Origin: an uncultured Dictyoglomota bacterium
Lineage (GTDB): Bacteria > Dictyoglomota > Dictyoglomia > Dictyoglomales > Dictyoglomaceae
DNA length: 15,133 bases
Direction: 5' to 3'
Assembly (NCBI GenBank): GCA_964654465.1
Contig: CAZZIO010000006.1
Location: forward strand, 1-15,133
Shown here: positions 14,770 through 15,133 of the stretch, piece after piece
Layout: every line of letters begins with the position of its first letter
Numbering within the stretch: the first letter of the stretch is position 1
Translations under genes and position numbers: made by a program
Notes under the pieces: model-generated
Database searches by the model: none
The model's input: the letters and a program-made list of their open reading frames with translations, nothing else
What the model was told of the DNA's origin: nothing

Positions 14770-15133
14770 ATGAAAAAGATATATCTTGCTGTACCTATCA
14801 TAAATTACTACAATAATGAACTTACGAAAAAATTGGCTAATTTAATACAAGATCTTGGCTTTGAACTTACTTCTCCTTGGGTGCTTTCAGGAGTTGATAC
14901 AGATATATCTCCCCAAGATGTATTTATCAGAGATACTATGGGAGTTAAGGCCTCGGATATAATTTTGGCAGAAGTTTCCAAACCAAGCCATGGAGTAGGA
15001 ATGGAGATAATGCTTGCCTATATGGAAGGGAAAAGAATAATACTTTTGGCTAAAAAGGATGTAAAACTTTCGGCCCTTTTGGAAGGAATAAAAGATGCTA
15101 CTATAATAAGATATGAGGATGAGGGGGAACTTT
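14770..15133 (+). CDS. Nucleoside 2-deoxyribosyltransferase / DNPH1(Rcl)-like N-glycosidase (3'-truncated; absent from ORF track)
   Basis: Hand translation gives MKKIYLAVPIINYY...VFIRDTMGVKASDIILAEVSKPSHGVGMEIMLAY...LSALLEG, open to the window end. IY, RD and PSxGVGxE are NDT/DNPH1 motifs. Confidence 0.85.
   Translation, partial: MKKIYLAVPIINYYNNELTKKLANLIQDLGFELTSPWVLSGVDTDISPQDVFIRDTMGVKASDIILAEVSKPSHGVGMEIMLAYMEGKRIILLAKKDVKLSALLEGIKDATIIRYEDEGEL

Noticed and set aside
1..15133. tRNA/rRNA, CRISPR array, IS or prophage elements
   Set aside because: Intergenic gaps are short (at most about 265 nt) and AT-rich, with no regularly spaced repeats, cloverleaf, transposase or integrase.

Overview
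AT-rich, gene-dense bacterial window with 16 CDS, two of them truncated at the edges. No RNA genes, CRISPR arrays or mobile elements were seen. The base composition, Lys/Glu/Ile-rich proteins and a non-lipoprotein sugar-binding protein suggest a thermophilic diderm anaerobe such as Dictyoglomus (inference only). Gene order: CrtQ/CruC-like GT2 glycosyltransferase plus divergent PlsY-family acyltransferase; OsmC-family protein; orphan prepilin-type protein with two lamin-tail domains, coupled to an RlmI-like methyltransferase; a minus-strand run of RNase J-like beta-CASP hydrolase, PAS-GGDEF and tandem HD-GYP; nitroreductase plus RluA-family synthase; a sugar ABC operon (SBP, two permeases, GH1); a VOC protein plus a DNPH1-like N-glycosidase that the ORF track missed. 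The best leads are (i) the nuclease/cyclase/phosphodiesterase cyclic-dinucleotide module, (ii) a three-segment terminator/antiterminator switch just after the SBP stop codon, (iii) twin AGTCAA-N5-TTGACT operators bracketing a near-consensus promoter, (iv) a palindromic back-to-back extended -10 promoter with apparently leaderless transcripts, and (v) the pilin with twin LTD domains.
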